From the NCBI GenBank assembly GCA_951406725.2, contig OX597837.1:32116001-32180000 (forward strand): a stretch of DNA of 64,000 nucleotides, read 5' to 3'. The position numbers and the translations under genes were made by a program. The stretch is from Octopus vulgaris (lineage: Eukaryota). Of the stretch, positions 1 through 15,236 are shown in pieces. Numbering within the stretch: the first letter of the stretch is position 1; each line of letters begins with the position of its first letter. The notes below the pieces were generated by a model that did no database searches, was not told the DNA's origin, and worked only from the letters and a program-made list of their open reading frames with translations.

Positions 1-664
1 TTCTTATTTATTAACTTGTGTCTCTTCAAGTTTGACTCGGTGCATATATTTATATATTTTTCTTAAACCAATCGTTATTAATAAATAATATGTATTTCTG
101 GAATGTGTAATTATTTTCTGGAATGTACTACACCTATCCTTATAAAGGCACCTACAACAAATACGATTGTTTACGTTCCAGTCATACAAATGAAATGATG
201 GACATATTTCGTAAATTCCAAAGCAAAGTCAGAGAGATTCATTAACTTTTCAGCTCATTTCTGCACAACCTTATTTAAGTCACTCGATATTGCTACGACC
301 ATTCATTAACATACTATAATCGTACTTCTTGTTTTCTCATGACACATGATGTCAAGATTTTTATGTATGTACCGGTTGGTGGGACGTCGGCAAGCTAAAA
401 ATTCCTGGTGATTTTCTTGGTCATTTTACTAAGACAACTATTAACTTCATTATATTTTGTTGTTGCTGTTGTTATTGTTCAATGTGGATTGCTTTCCAAA
501 CGCGTGGTTTTGGGTTCAGTTTAATTGTACAGTGTCTTGAGCAAGTTTCGTCTACTAAGGACCCGAGCCGACCAATAACTTGTGGGTGAATTTGGTAGAC
601 TGAAATTCTATGAGAGCCCAGCATTTATGTGTGTAAGCGTGTGTTTGTATGTGTATGTGTGTGT

Positions 665-1047
665 GTGGAGGCGCAATGGCCCAGTGGTTAGGGCAGCGGA
701 CTCGCGGTCATAGGATCGCGGTTTCGATTCCCGGACCGGGCGTTGTGAGTGTTTATTGAGCGAAAACACCTAAAGCTCCACGAGGCTCCGGCAGGGGATG
801 GTTGTGATCCCTGCTGTACTCTTTCACCACAACTTTCTCTCACTCTTACTTACTGTTTCTGTTGTACCTGTATTTCAAAGGGCCGGCCTTGTCACTCTCT
901 GTGTCACGCTGAATATCCCCGAGAACTACATTAAGGGTACACGTGTCTGTGGAGTGCTCAGCCACTTATACGTTAATTTCACGAGCAGGCTGTTCCATTG
1001 ATTCGGATCAACCGGAACCCTCGTCGTCGTAACCGACGGAGTGCTTC
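665..1047 (+). mobile_element. tRNA-derived SINE, family A (full length, ~380 bp)
   Basis: Pol III A box TGGCCCAGTGG and B box GTTTCGATTCC in a tRNA-like head. Near-identical copies at 15237, 18277, 53688, 57654, 58278, 61877 and 63714. Confidence 0.9.
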
Positions 1048-1217
1048 TCTCTCTCTTATTGTTCAATACAGAATGTTATTTTGCCGGGAAAGTAACAATA
1101 TGTCAACTATCCACAACCAGTGGACGAAGGCAACACCCTTCATTCAGATTTCTGAATCTTCCTGAGAACTTACGTGAATGGTATGCGTGTCTGTGGAATG
1201 CTCGGCCACCTGATGAA

Positions 1218-1615
1218 GGCGGCGAGTTGGTAGAAACGTTAGCACGGCGGGCGAAATGCGTAGCCGTATTTCGTCTGCCGTTACGTTCTGAGTTCAAATT
1301 CCGCCGAGGTCGACTTTGCCTTTCATCCTTTCGAAGTCGATAAATTAAGTACCAGTTACGCACTGGGGTTGATGTAATCGACTTAGTCCGTTTGTCTGTC
1401 CTTGTTTGTCCCCTCTGTGTTTAGCCCCTTGTGGGTAGTAAAGAAATAGGTATTTCGTCTGCCGTTACGTTCTGAGTTCAAATTCCGCCGAGGTCGACTT
1501 TGCCTTTCATCCTTTCAGGGTCGATAAAATCAGTACCAGTTACGCACTGAGGTCGATGTAATCGACTTAATCCCTTCCCCCCAAATTTGAAGCCTTGTGC
1601 TTCCAGTAGAAAGGA

Positions 1616-1620
<5 letters not shown>
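1218..1620 (+). mobile_element. SINE family B, dimeric (head-core-tail1 + core-tail2 running into (ATT)n)
   Basis: GGCGGCGAG(C/T)TGG head, GTTCAAATTCC B box and GTCGACTTTGCCTTTCATCCTTTCG core. The second unit begins at the aagaaata|ggtatttcgtctg junction. Confidence 0.85.
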
Positions 1621-1850
<230 letters not shown>

Positions 1851-2101
1851 TTCACAGCACTCCCAAGTAGGTTTGAGTGGCAGTTTCGTAATTTACATTA
1901 TATTTAAACTATTCTAAGTAATAATATATTACGGACACTGCATAGTAGCGTTATTTTCTGTAAGTTGCATATATTTTACTCTTTGCTGGTCCAGAGTATT
2001 TTCTTAGATGTGTTCGTAAACGTTCATGCTTGCTTTCGTAAATTCGTCCTCGTTCCATACGCTCTGAGTAATATAAAGCTTTCCTTTCATAAGTCTCAAG
2101 T

Positions 2102-2184
<83 letters not shown>

Positions 2185-2513
2185 ATTAATTGTAAACAGT
2201 GCTCAGGTGCACCACAACTTGTCAGAAAGTGCATATAAAGCATCTGTAGTAATGTACAAATGTCTGGAAAGCGAACAATGTATGAGTCAGATACATGCTT
2301 GTGTGTGTATGGAGGGGAGAAAATCAGGTGTAGTGTTGGCGAATCTCAGAAAGCATGGAAGTTTTGAAGGATGCAGTGCCCCGACAACTAACAACTGAAG
2401 CCGGTAGTTTGTTCCATGCTTCAGCAACTCTCAGCGTGAAAAAATGTTTCCTGAAGTCATGGGAGCTGTGCTGTTTTCTGACTTTGTAAATATGCCCACG
2501 GGTGGAGTTTTTA

Positions 2514-2554
<41 letters not shown>

Positions 2555-2910
2555 AATTATTGTATACAGTGCTCAGGTGCACCACAACTTATCAGAAAGT
2601 GCGTATAAAGTATATGCAGTAATGTACAAATGTCTGGAAAGTGAACAGTGTATGAGTCAGATACATGCTTGTGTGTGTATGGAGGGGAGAAAATCAGGTG
2701 TAGTGTTGGCGAATCTCAGGAAGCATGGAAGTTTTTAAGGATGCAGTGCTCCGACAACTAACAACTGATGCCGGCAGTTTGTTCCATGCTTCAGCAACTC
2801 TCAGCGTGAAAAAATGTTTCCTAAAGTCATGGGAGCTGTGCTGTTTTCTGACTTTGTAAACATGTCCACGGGTGTTAGACGGGTGGAGTTTGAAAAGGTG
2901 CTCAGTTACT
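2102..2910 (-). mobile_element. Two tandem 5'-truncated 3' ends of a CR1/L2-like LINE, each with a (TTA)n tail
   Basis: Minus-strand peptide TRGHVYKVRKQHSSHDFRKHFFTLRVAEAWNKLPASVV matches the CR1-clade ORF2 C-terminal motif (TRGH..K...R..FF..RV...WN.LP..VV). Copies lie at about 2102-2510 and 2514-2910. Confidence 0.8.
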
Positions 2911-3119
2911 CTGGAGGTTGAGAGGAGACTGGGAAATATATGTCGTGTACGATGCGTCGATGTCAGGGAAATACGTCCTGTGTTTTCACACGTAATACAC
3001 AGGACAGATAAACGGTTAAGAAACATGAGTAACGATGTCAACCCGTTGCGCGGTGGATGCGGCTCTGAGTGTTCACCGTTACTTTCGTTTGTCCACTCAG
3101 TGATGTGTGTATACCTACA

Positions 3120-3259
3120 AACACACACACATTCGTACATACATACTTACATAAATACATACATACATACATGCATGCATGCATACATACATACATACAT
3201 ACATACATACATACATACATACATACATACATACATGCATGCATGCATACATACATACA

Positions 3260-3293
<34 letters not shown>

Positions 3294-3349
3294 CGTGCAC
3301 GCATGCATACATTCATACATACATACATACATACATGCATGCATGCATG

Positions 3350-3381
<32 letters not shown>

Positions 3382-3670
3382 CATACATACATACATACAC
3401 ACACACATACATACATATATACATACATGCATACATACATGCGTACATACATACATGCATACATACATACATAAATACATACATACATACATACATACAC
3501 ACACACATACATACATACATACATACATGCATACATACATGCATACATACAGACAGACAGACAGACATACATACACACACACATACACACATACACACAT
3601 ACATACACACATACATACATACATACATACATACATACATACATACATACATACATACATACACACACAT
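3120..3670. repeat. (ACAT)n microsatellite
   Basis: Direct reading. Confidence 0.97.
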
Positions 3671-3879
3671 ATAACATATAAAATAAGGGAAAAAAAAAAA
3701 ATTCTAATGCCAAATATGCCGATAAAGACAAAATTGTCAATAACCATTATAATTTAATCATCTCGAAACAAGCCGATAGAAATTTCTATTACCGTATTGG
3801 TCCCAACTTCGGGGTTAATCCATAAGAATTTTCCCTTCCTCAGCGATAAATACGTAAGACATAAATGCAATACTTACAT

Positions 3880-4281
<402 letters not shown>

Positions 4282-4512
4282 TATTTACAAACAACTGTGG
4301 CGCATCATAGGTGCAGATGTGTCGCCTCAGGTAACTTGCCAAAAGGTAGCTCGTTTTTAATTGGCCGTTTCGCTTATTTCTATAACAATCCATTTTAGTA
4401 GTTGTGGTGTCTCGTAAATTCCATTTTCTTACTCTCATATTTTTCTAATCTCTACGGACGCAAAGGAATACCTGAAGAAAAATTCAGTAGGGTATGCCTC
4501 TACACTGTTGAT

Positions 4513-4858
4513 AACATCAACGCGTCGCCCGGTTCAGGAATCGAAACCACAATCTTACGATAATGATGCTGAGACCCTAACCACTAAGCCACGCGCCTCC
4601 ACATGATAAATACACCCTTTTAAAGCCTAGCCAGGCTCATGGGCCCGGTTTCCCGGTTTCTATGGCTTATGTGTTCCTCAGCTGGACGGGACACCAGTCC
4701 ATCGCAGCATTACTCATTTTTGCCAGCTGAGTGGACTGGAGTAATGTGAAATGAAGTGTTTTGCTCAAGAACATAACGCGTCGCCCGGTCCAGGAATCGA
4801 AACCACAATCTTACGATCATGGTGCTGACACCCTAACCACTAAGCCACGCGCCTCCAC
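4513..4858 (-). mobile_element. tRNA-derived SINE, family E (4613-4858) plus an extra head fragment (4513-4602)
   Basis: Minus strand reads GTGGAGGCGCGTGGCTTAGTGG...GGTTTCGATTCC. The tail (GCGATGGACTGG...GAAACCGGG...GGCTAGGCT) is shared with the element at 29265. Confidence 0.8.
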
Positions 4859-4954
4859 TCACATCACCACCACTAACGCTACCAAAACCATCATCACCGC
4901 CTCCACCAACGAGTCATTACCGCGAAGGCGAACATCACCAACAATAACACCATC

Positions 4955-4986
<32 letters not shown>

Positions 4987-6200
4987 CTCCATCATAACCT
5001 ATACAACACCACCACCACCACATACACCAACACCATTACTACCACCACCACCACCACCACCACCACCACCACCTCCACTTCCATCACACCGAGCACTACA
5101 TGTTGCCCGACTTCGAGTCACTAACATCATCGTCTCGTTACGAAGGATAGGAAGAGTGCGACAGTAGAGGTGGAGCTGGGGTGGAGTGGGGGGAGATGGA
5201 TATGAGACAGGCAGACAGACAGACAGACAGACAGGAGAGAGACAGACAGACAGACAGACAGAGACGTGAAAGGATGGTGAAAGTGAAAAAGCAAGCGGGA
5301 AAGGGTGAGGAGCATCTAAGGTAATACTGCTGTAACAAACACAGACAGTAAAATGTGTCATAATTCCATGACCAAACTGGCCCCTTTATCTCCAGTCTTT
5401 ATCCCTGCCTCCTACTCTAATTCCTCTTCCTCCGTCCCCTACCTCCTATACATCCTTTTCGCGAAGTCCCCCCATCCTCTCTCTCACCTTCTCCCTTTCT
5501 ACTCCCATGTAAACAGTTCCTACAAAATTCCACATTCCTCAATGCAACATCCTTTTTCCACCCATCCCCGACATTACATGTTTTTCTCTCAATCGTTTCT
5601 TTTGCCATTTTTTCTATTCCGTTAGTTTTCTTTTATTCTATAATTCTATCATTCTATAATTCTATCATTCTATAATTCTATCATTCTTCGTCTAACTTCT
5701 TGTCTTCAGTCTTAGATATCTTTCTAATATGTCCTTCTTCATCGAATGTTTCTTTCTGCATCGAAAGATATGGAATAACCTGGGACTAGTTAAGGTTAAC
5801 AATCCTAATGTTTTTCACCCGATGGGTAGATCTTGAGTTCGCTTCGTTGGATTATAAACTGTGTGGGTACCCAAGACAATTCAAATAAATAAGGGTAATT
5901 ATACTTCTACAGTTTTTATAACAATCATCTACACAATAATTCTCTCCAACCTCTGTTCCACATGTTTCTGCCGCATGGATATATTGCCACATGGTTTTTA
6001 TTTGCATCCTGTTGGGTCACAGAAACACAGCCCTCCAGACGGTTTTCTGCTTGTTCTTAAACGATATTATTTACACCAATAGATCACCTGGATTTGAGCG
6101 GCATAGAATTCTAAATTATACTCCCCTGTATTGAATTATTATGTGATATGGTAGCCAGGTCTGCTAGAGGAGCAGTCTGTGATTTCCATCAATCAATATA

Positions 6201-6431
6201 TTTCTTTACTACCCACAAGGGGCTAAACACAGAGGAGACAAACAAGGACAGACAAAGGGATTAAGTCGATTACATCGACCCCAGTGTGTACTTGGTACTT
6301 AATTTATCGATCCCGAAAGTATGAAAGGCAAAGTCGACCTCGGCGGAATTTGAACTCAGAACGCAGCGGCAGACGAAATACGTCTACGCATTTCGCCCGG
6401 CGTGCTAACGTTTCTGCCAGCTCGCCGCCTT
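6201..6431 (-). mobile_element. SINE family B (full monomer)
   Basis: Reverse complement of the family B sequence. Confidence 0.88.
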
Positions 6432-6642
6432 ATTCTTAAATGATATTTACATATTTGGTTCCTGATTTGTATAATTATTTCCTATGGCATGTTTAATTCC
6501 CCTTCGTATCCTGTTTTATGTCCAATAGTACTCGACTGTTCAATAAATAAATTTTGAATAACAGGAAGCACTCAAAGACAGTGTTAGAATTTATGTTGAC
6601 ATAACCACGTAAAAGTCCTTGGTTTATTGTGTGTTTACGTGA

Positions 6643-6710
<68 letters not shown>

Positions 6711-6842
6711 CATTCTGCCTATCTCGTATCGCTCTTGTCAGTTACATCCACTCCCATGAGAAACAATGAGCTGGAGGCGGAGGAGGATAAATGTCTTGAA
6801 TCGAGGCTGTCATCACCTTTGATGGGCTGTCATAAGCAAAGC

Positions 6843-6956
<114 letters not shown>

Positions 6957-6984
6957 TTGATTTTCGGCACTTGATGCTTTGGAA

Positions 6985-7982
6985 ACTAGACAAAAATTGC
7001 TGCAGCTCCATATTCACCAGATATTGCTCCTTCGGATTTCCACTTATTCAGGTCTCTGCAGAATAGTCTTAATGGTAAAAATTTCAATTCCTTGGATGAC
7101 GTAAAAAAGATACCTTGATGAATTCTTTGACATGAAACAACCTTAATTCTGGGAAGAGGGTATTTTCAAGTTAAAGGGAAGATGGAGACGCATTGTGCAA
7201 CAAAATGGTTCAGGAGTGGCTGTGTGGTAAGTAGCTTGTTTACCAACCACATGGTTCCGGGTTCAGTCCCACTGCGTGGCACCTTGGCAAGTGTCTTCTA
7301 CTATAGCCTCGGGCCGACCAAAGCCTTGTGAGTGGATTTGGTAGACGGAAACTGAAAGAAGCCCGTCGTATATATGTATACATATATATGTATACATATA
7401 TACATACATACGACGAGCTGGCAGAGACGTTAGCACGCCGGGCGGAATGCTTTGCGGTATTTCGTCTGTCGTTACGTTCTGAGTTCAAATTCCGCCGAGG
7501 TCGACTTTGCCTTTCATCCTTTCGGGGTCGATAAATAAAAGTACCAGTTTCGCACTGGGCTCGATGTAATCGACTTAATCCCTTTGTCTGTCCTTGTTTG
7601 TCTCCTCTATGTTTAGCCCCTTGTGGGTAGTAAAGAAATATATATGTATACATTTCTATGTATGTGTATGTGTGTGTGTCTGTGTGTCTGTGTTTGTCCC
7701 CCTAGCATTGCTTGACAACCGATGCTGGTGTGTTTATGTCCCCGTAACTTAGCGGTTCGGCAAAAGAGACCGATAGAATAAGTACTGGGCTTACAAAGAA
7801 TAAGTTCCGGGATCGAGTTGCTCGATTAAAGGTGGTGCTCCAGCATGGCCGCAGTCAAATAATGACTGAAACAAGTAAAAGAGTAAAGAGTATATTTGGT
7901 TGATTAAAAATGTAATGGCAAGTATTTATTGACCTTTTTCTTTCCTTTGAAAATCGGCACGAACTTTCCGGACAACCCAATA
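6985..7982 (+). mobile_element. Mariner transposase fossil (3' part plus right TIR), interrupted by nested SINEs
   Basis: Reads (P)YSPDIAPSDFHLFRSLQNSLNGKNF...FWEEGIFKLKGRWRRIVQQNG, resumes after the SINE as SYLVD*, then the TIR aaaatcggcacgaactttccggacaacccaata. Confidence 0.88.
7212..7890 (+). mobile_element. SINE family C (CORE-like) with a SINE B inserted at ~7411-7640
   Basis: GGAGTGGCTGTGTGGTAAG head, GGTTCAGTCCC B box, CCTTGG(G)CAAGTGTCTT CORE-like motif, internal (TA/TG)n and (GAGTAAAA)n tail. Confidence 0.88.
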
Positions 7983-8559
7983 TCTATGAAGCTTTATTCA
8001 ATGTGTTGCCACTATTAAAATTCAAAGCGAACTGGAGCATAATGCTTTAGACTCTAATGAGGTTCTTTGATTACTATTTCATTCTGGTGCACTCCCATAA
8101 CCATAAAGCATTGGGGTCTACACTTACATAGCATGGACTGCTTAGCATATTTTATGAAAATGAGACTACCATGCATACATGAAATCAAAAAATAGTTAAA
8201 ATATCTTCTTAGTATATAATGGTGGCAAGTTTTACATCATCTGAAAAGTCATTAGTTAAACTATTAGTCCTCTTGCATTCAGGGGGGTTTCGGAGCGTTT
8301 GAGTAACATTAGACCCCCAACAAATACCCATAAATTAAATGCATCTATCTGAGCTACTACCGTGGCCTGTCGGCCTGTGCCTGACGGCCACGATCGTCGC
8401 CCGTTGCGCTTTATGTGTTAAAAACTAGTTTTATAGAAGCTTCTTCCAAAATTCCTATATCTTTTTCGCACATTAATTTGTGTAAGTTGAACTGTGTAAA
8501 ATGTTGGAGAAAGAAACCCAGCTGTTACTTGCAATATATACCAATTCATATATCTAAAG

Positions 8560-8742
8560 CAACTTTTTTTCAGGAGCCCTTAAAACATTATTGAGGATCC
8601 CGAATTTACTATTTTGTTGAGTGGACCCCAAAAAATCTTATATAGACCTTTAGGGGCCATATAGACCTTTAATGGGCGATATGGACCTTTAGGGGTCATA
8701 TGGACCTTTAGGGGCCATATGGGCCCCGGTTGAGAACTACTG
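8560..8742. mobile_element. One end of a hAT-like MITE with ~19-bp subterminal tandem repeats
   Basis: (ATATAGACCTTTAGGGGCC)-like repeats ending in ...GGTTGAGAACTACTG (reverse complement CAGTAGTTCTCAAC, a Charlie-type TIR). No partner end was identified. Confidence 0.5.
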
Positions 8743-9240
8743 CTTTAGACAGTCTTATATTTTTGGTAGGGGATAGTTTGTGTTGAGTACAAAAAATAGG
8801 ATTGGTAATAGGGAGAAATATGATATAATCTATAAAGTTCGTTATGAAATTGACCCTAGGATAACCCAATCTGATAACAGATTTGTACATTTTAAGATTA
8901 ATAACTAATAGATATACAATTACAGATGTAGAGAGATGGGAAATGACATTTTTTTTTCCATGTTCATCATATGAACTACGATATAACACAGTGATCTCAA
9001 CTAAGGAATTAGCTACCGGAAATGTATAACAGATTTCACGCTGTAGTCTTTATCGTATACTGTAACAAGCTCCAATATAACGGCCATTTTCTTTTAAATG
9101 AGAAAAGCTTATATTTGGAACAAATGATTTAAGTAAACTTAAACCATTTTTCTCTTTGAAAAAGAAGCCAACGAATATGAAAGAATACTGGAATCAACAT
9201 TATCTGGCTGACGTTCAACATTAAACTTGTAATTTTTTTT

Positions 9241-9721
<481 letters not shown>

Positions 9722-10235
9722 TATATATATATACCGTAGACTCTAATGGATTCTTTGATTACTATTTCATTCTGGTGCACTCCCATAACCATTAAATGCA
9801 CAACCCATAAAGGGCTGGGATTTGCACTTACGTAGCATGAACTCCTGAGCACATTTTATGAAAATGAGATTACCATGCTCACATAAAATCAAAAAAATAT
9901 TTAAAATATCTTCTTACTATAATATAATGGTGGCAAGTTTTATATAAACATATATATATATTTATATTTACATGTGTGGGTGTATGTGATTGTCCCCCCA
10001 CCATCGCTTGACAACCGATGTTAGTGTGTTTATGTCCCCGTAAATTAGCGGTTCGGCAAGAAAGACCGATAGAAAAAGTACTTGGCTTACAAAGAACAAG
10101 TCCTGTATGTATGTATGTATATATGTTTATATACATATATATATACGTGTAGATATGTATATATATATACATACATATATATACATATATATATGTACAT
10201 ATATACATATATATATATATATTTATATTTATATA

Positions 10236-10286
<51 letters not shown>

Positions 10287-10518
10287 TTACATATATATTA
10301 CATATATAGTGTATAAATATACATACATGTATAATACACACATATATATCCCTACAACTGCTAACTCACTGACGTCTTTCTCTTTCACTCACTCTCTTTC
10401 CCACTCTCTCACACACTCTTTCCCTCGTTCTCCTCTACCTCTCTCTCCCTCTCTCTGCCTCTCTCGGTCTCTCTATCTCTCTTTTGCTCACTTTCTCACT
10501 CGCTCTTTTTCTTTCACG

Positions 10519-10560
<42 letters not shown>

Positions 10561-10663
10561 GTTCCACTCTCTTCTATATATCTCTCTCTACCTCTTTCGG
10601 TCTCCCTAGATGTCTCTCTCCCTCTCTTTCTCTCTCTTTCTCTCTCCCTCCCTCTCTTTCTCT

Positions 10664-10699
<36 letters not shown>

Positions 10700-11532
10700 T
10701 TCTTCTCTCTTCCTTCTAGAATTTCAGCGATGGTCTCCTGGAGCTTGATATAGCAGCCTAATCTCTCTCAAATCAGATCGAACTGTAATTAAACCATGCG
10801 TTTCTCGGAGGCCAGACTACTCGCCCAGCCCCAGCACGCCCCGACCATACTCCACCCCGCAGCACCCCACAGCACCCCACCCCACCCCACCCAATCCCTC
10901 ATTGCCGATGTAGCTTTCACTCACCCTATTATTCCGCTTCAAAAGGGCACACTGGTTAATGTAGCCCTAAGTAACCCTGAAACGATGGGATAACCACGGC
11001 TAAAATGCCACTGCAATCACATCCACCACCCTCACCATCACCATCACCATCACCCCCACCCCCACCAACACCACCACCACCACCACCACTACCACAAACC
11101 ACCATCATCACTTCTAACACACCACACCTAAAGTCAATTAAAGTCCCCAACCCTTGTTTTAAACTATCCCCTTACACAATCACATGCTCCACCGCCCACC
11201 ACCGAACCTTCACCGCCTCGTCACTCACACAACGCACCCCTATCAGACCTCTATCTGTCCCTAGCTAACCACCTCCTCCACTGTATCTATCTCATCCACA
11301 CCCTGTATTTTAATTATTGTTCAAATCTTTGCTATTGGATAGTCAGAGCCGAACGTCCGGGACAATACCTCAGCGCTCACTAAACACACACAAACACAGA
11401 CACACGCTCACACACATAAACACACACACACCGACACATATACATGCATATACACACATGCACATATATATGTGCATACATATATGTGAGTGTGTGTGTG
11501 TTTGTATATATACATATATCTATGTATGTGTT

Positions 11533-11571
<39 letters not shown>

Positions 11572-11749
11572 GTCTGTGTGTATGCGTGTATGTGTATGTA
11601 TATTCAATATATATATGTGTGTGTCTGTGTGTGTGTGTTTGTGTGTGTATGAGTATGTATGTGTGTGTCTATGTATGTGTGTTTGTGTGTATTTATCTAT
11701 ATACATACATATATATATAAGTGCATATATGCATATATACATACATATT

Positions 11750-11918
11750 CTTTTATTTGTTTCAGTCACTTGACTGCGGCCATGCTGGAGCACCACCTTT
11801 AGCCGAGAAAATCGACCACAGGACTTATTCTTTGTAAGCCTAGTACTTATTCTATCAGTCTCTTTTGCCGAACCGCTAAGTTACGGGGACGTAAACACAC
11901 CACCATCGGTTGTCAAGC
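11750..11918 (-). mobile_element. SINE family C 3' fragment
   Basis: Match to the C tail. Confidence 0.8.
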
Positions 11919-12300
11919 CCTGTACCCATATATGCATGTATATATACATATAGATGTAGGTATGTACATATATGTATGTATATATACATATGTTTTATAT
12001 ATTATTTTGTTATTATATATATATATATATACACATACACATATACATATCCAGGGAAACTGGAAGAAGCCCATCGCGTATATATATATATGAGCGCGCG
12101 CGCGTGGGTGGGTGTATGTTTATATATCTGTGTGTGCATCTTTGTGACTATTTGTCCCCCTACAACCACATGACAACCGGAGTTGGTGTGTTCACTTTAC
12201 CGTACTTAGCGGTTCGACAAATGTAAACCGACATAATAAGTAACAGGCTTTAAGAAATATTTAAGTACCTGGGTCGATTCATTCGACTAAAATTTCACTG

Positions 12301-12745
<445 letters not shown>

Positions 12746-12995
12746 GTATTATGAATTTGTGGTAGAACATTTTACCTTCGCCCATATAATACAGTAATTG
12801 AATTAATTACATCGCAATTCTTAACATTTATGTATTAACTTTGTTGGGTGCTTTACTGGCAGTATATTGGATATATGTTATCCCATGGTGGGTTGCACTC
12901 ATAACCCCTATCTCAATTTGTATATATATATATATATATATACATATATATAAATACTTTTTTATTATTATTAAAGCTGCAAGAACATCAGAAAA

Positions 12996-13038
12996 AACTG
13001 TTACTCAGAATTTCAATATTCCCGTTCTTCGGACAGTT
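12996..13038 (-). ncRNA. Degenerate type I hammerhead ribozyme-like motif
   Basis: Minus strand reads AACTGT-CCGAAGA-acgggaatatt-GAAA-ttctgag-TA-ACAGTT. Stem I (AACTGT/ACAGTT) is intact and there is a GUA triplet; the core and stem II are degenerate. Confidence 0.5.
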
Positions 13039-13137
13039 GTGATAAAGAATGAATATATGTGTGTGTATGCGTGTGTTTGTGTGTGTGTCTGTGTGTATGT
13101 ATATAAACATGTATATAAATAATTATATATACATAAG

Positions 13138-13206
<69 letters not shown>

Positions 13207-14395
13207 TTTATATATATATATACATACACAAGACAATTACGTACCTAATTACGTAAGATAGTGATTAATCTTTATATTTTTTGTCTTGTTCGCTTACGTT
13301 CTGGCGTTTGTTAAATTTTCTTGAGAACACTCCTTTCCCTGTTTATCCATTTATGCTGAAGCTCTGGGCAGAATGTTATAGTGCATGAACGTCCTTGGGA
13401 GATAGGTAATGTTTATGTAAAGTTTGGTGAAAATCGGTTGAGAATAGTGGAAATGTATGCGTTATTCAATATACACACACATACTGTGATTTATATATAG
13501 TAGATATATATATTGAGCGAGTGTGAGTGAGAGAAAGGGGGAGACAGACAGAAAGAGCGAGAAACATACCTCCACTCATCCATCCATACATGCATACATA
13601 GATGCACACATACATGCATGCATACATACATACATGATACATACATACATGATATACATTTATACATACATGCATACATAACATGCATACAAAAATACAT
13701 ACATACATACGTACAACTATTTGACATGAGTACAATTAAATCTGGTCGCACATACATTCCTAAACAACATATTTTATTCCTAAGTAAAACAGTGCAACGT
13801 ATGCAAGACTTCGTCTTTGAACAGCATGATGCAATTTCGCAATTAATTTTCGATTATTGACTATTTCTTATACATGCCGCTATAGGCGGCATTCTTAAGC
13901 CAATAACTCTCCCGGCTAAATTGCTAGGAAAACATTTGGAACATGTCAAACGATTAAACTTCAATTAATTTTTATATATACGTGGAGTAGATGAAATTAA
14001 GGTGACTGAAGAAGGGGATTTTTCCTTGTTTTGTATGTTCTGTACTCTATTTTTTCGTTGTTTAAAAAAAACGTCCATTTCCTTGGTTTTGTGTTTATGT
14101 TTTCGTTTCTCATTGTGTTCGGCGTTTTTTCGGTGTCCTGTACCCATATATGCATGTGTATATACATGTAGAGGTAGGTACGTACATATATGTATGTATA
14201 TATGCATATGTTTTATTTATTTTTAATTTATATATATATATATACATATATATATTATGGAGATGTACTTGCATAGCAAGTGATTTGATCTGAGATCGTG
14301 TGCTGAAACGAAAACAATTGCAGCATGGAAGGTGTTTGTAAGCCATTTAAGAAACACACAAAAGCCGTTCGATTCACTTCAACATTTAAGTTTAA

Positions 14396-14493
14396 TTTGT
14401 CAAAATATTTTCGTCGCTTTAAGACCGCGACCTGTTCACGGATTTTTGTCAGTGAACAGGTCGCGGTCTTAAAGCGACGAAAATATTTTGACA

Positions 14494-14495
<2 letters not shown>
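14396..14495. repeat. Perfect 44-bp-arm hairpin (12-nt loop)
   Basis: 14396-14439 is the exact reverse complement of 14452-14495; it abuts (TA)n. Confidence 0.95.
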
Positions 14496-14545
<50 letters not shown>

Positions 14546-15236
14546 CAAGAGAAAGGTTTTGTAAATGTTAGATATGGTCTGCAATGTTTTATGGTACGTT
14601 AGCATGCTGGGCGAAATGCTTAGTGGTACTTCGTCTGCCATTACGTTAAAAAATAAGAAATAAGTGGAAATTTTACCGGTGAGTGTATTACTTTATAAGG
14701 CACAAAAGGAAAATGACTCTCCCCAGACACAACAGATTATTATTTGGCGAATGTGTAAGAATGATAAAAAAATGAACGAGACCCCTCGATATTGAACCCA
14801 CTGAGATCAAATGACACCTCATGAGGATCAGGAGTTCCTCTGCTTAGTTTAGAAAGCTAAGCGAAGCTCCACATTTGTGGACTGCTAAAGCATTATGTGT
14901 AAAATTAAACACAAAAGACCACAACTTCTTGAATTTATAAACTAAATAATTTCAAAAACAAATTGAAATTTTAGTGACACTGAGACGAAACGAAAATATT
15001 ATTTTAATGTCTTAAATTTAGTAAAGAACTGTAAAGAATTGAGGTTTGCTATTTGCGACTATTATAGCTAGAGAATGTAAACAGTTTGAAGTATTTGACT
15101 CGAGATAAAATTAAATCTGGATATTATATATACAGCAAAATAAATATGCTTATATGACATCTATGTATGTATGTGTATGTGTGTGAGTGAGTGAGTGTCC
15201 GTGTGTGTATGTGTCTGTGTATGTGTGTATGTGTCT

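Noticed and set aside
665-740. tRNA-like sequences at SINE heads (also 4780-4858 and 34645-34710)
   Set aside because: There is no proper acceptor stem, and they continue into SINE bodies with TSDs, so they are not tRNA genes.
749-1001. Recurrent 60-67 aa ORFs (MFIERKHLK..., MVVIPAVLF..., MRNWYLIYR...)
   Set aside because: They are chance frames within multicopy SINE sequences.
5700-6190. Unique-looking stretches (also 31600-31870 and 32500-32960) as possible exons or LINE remnants
   Set aside because: I could not recognise a convincing open frame, splice signals or protein motif, so they are left unannotated.
11005-11268. Proline-rich ORF (also 35990-36226)
   Set aside because: It derives from (CCA)n low-complexity tracts.
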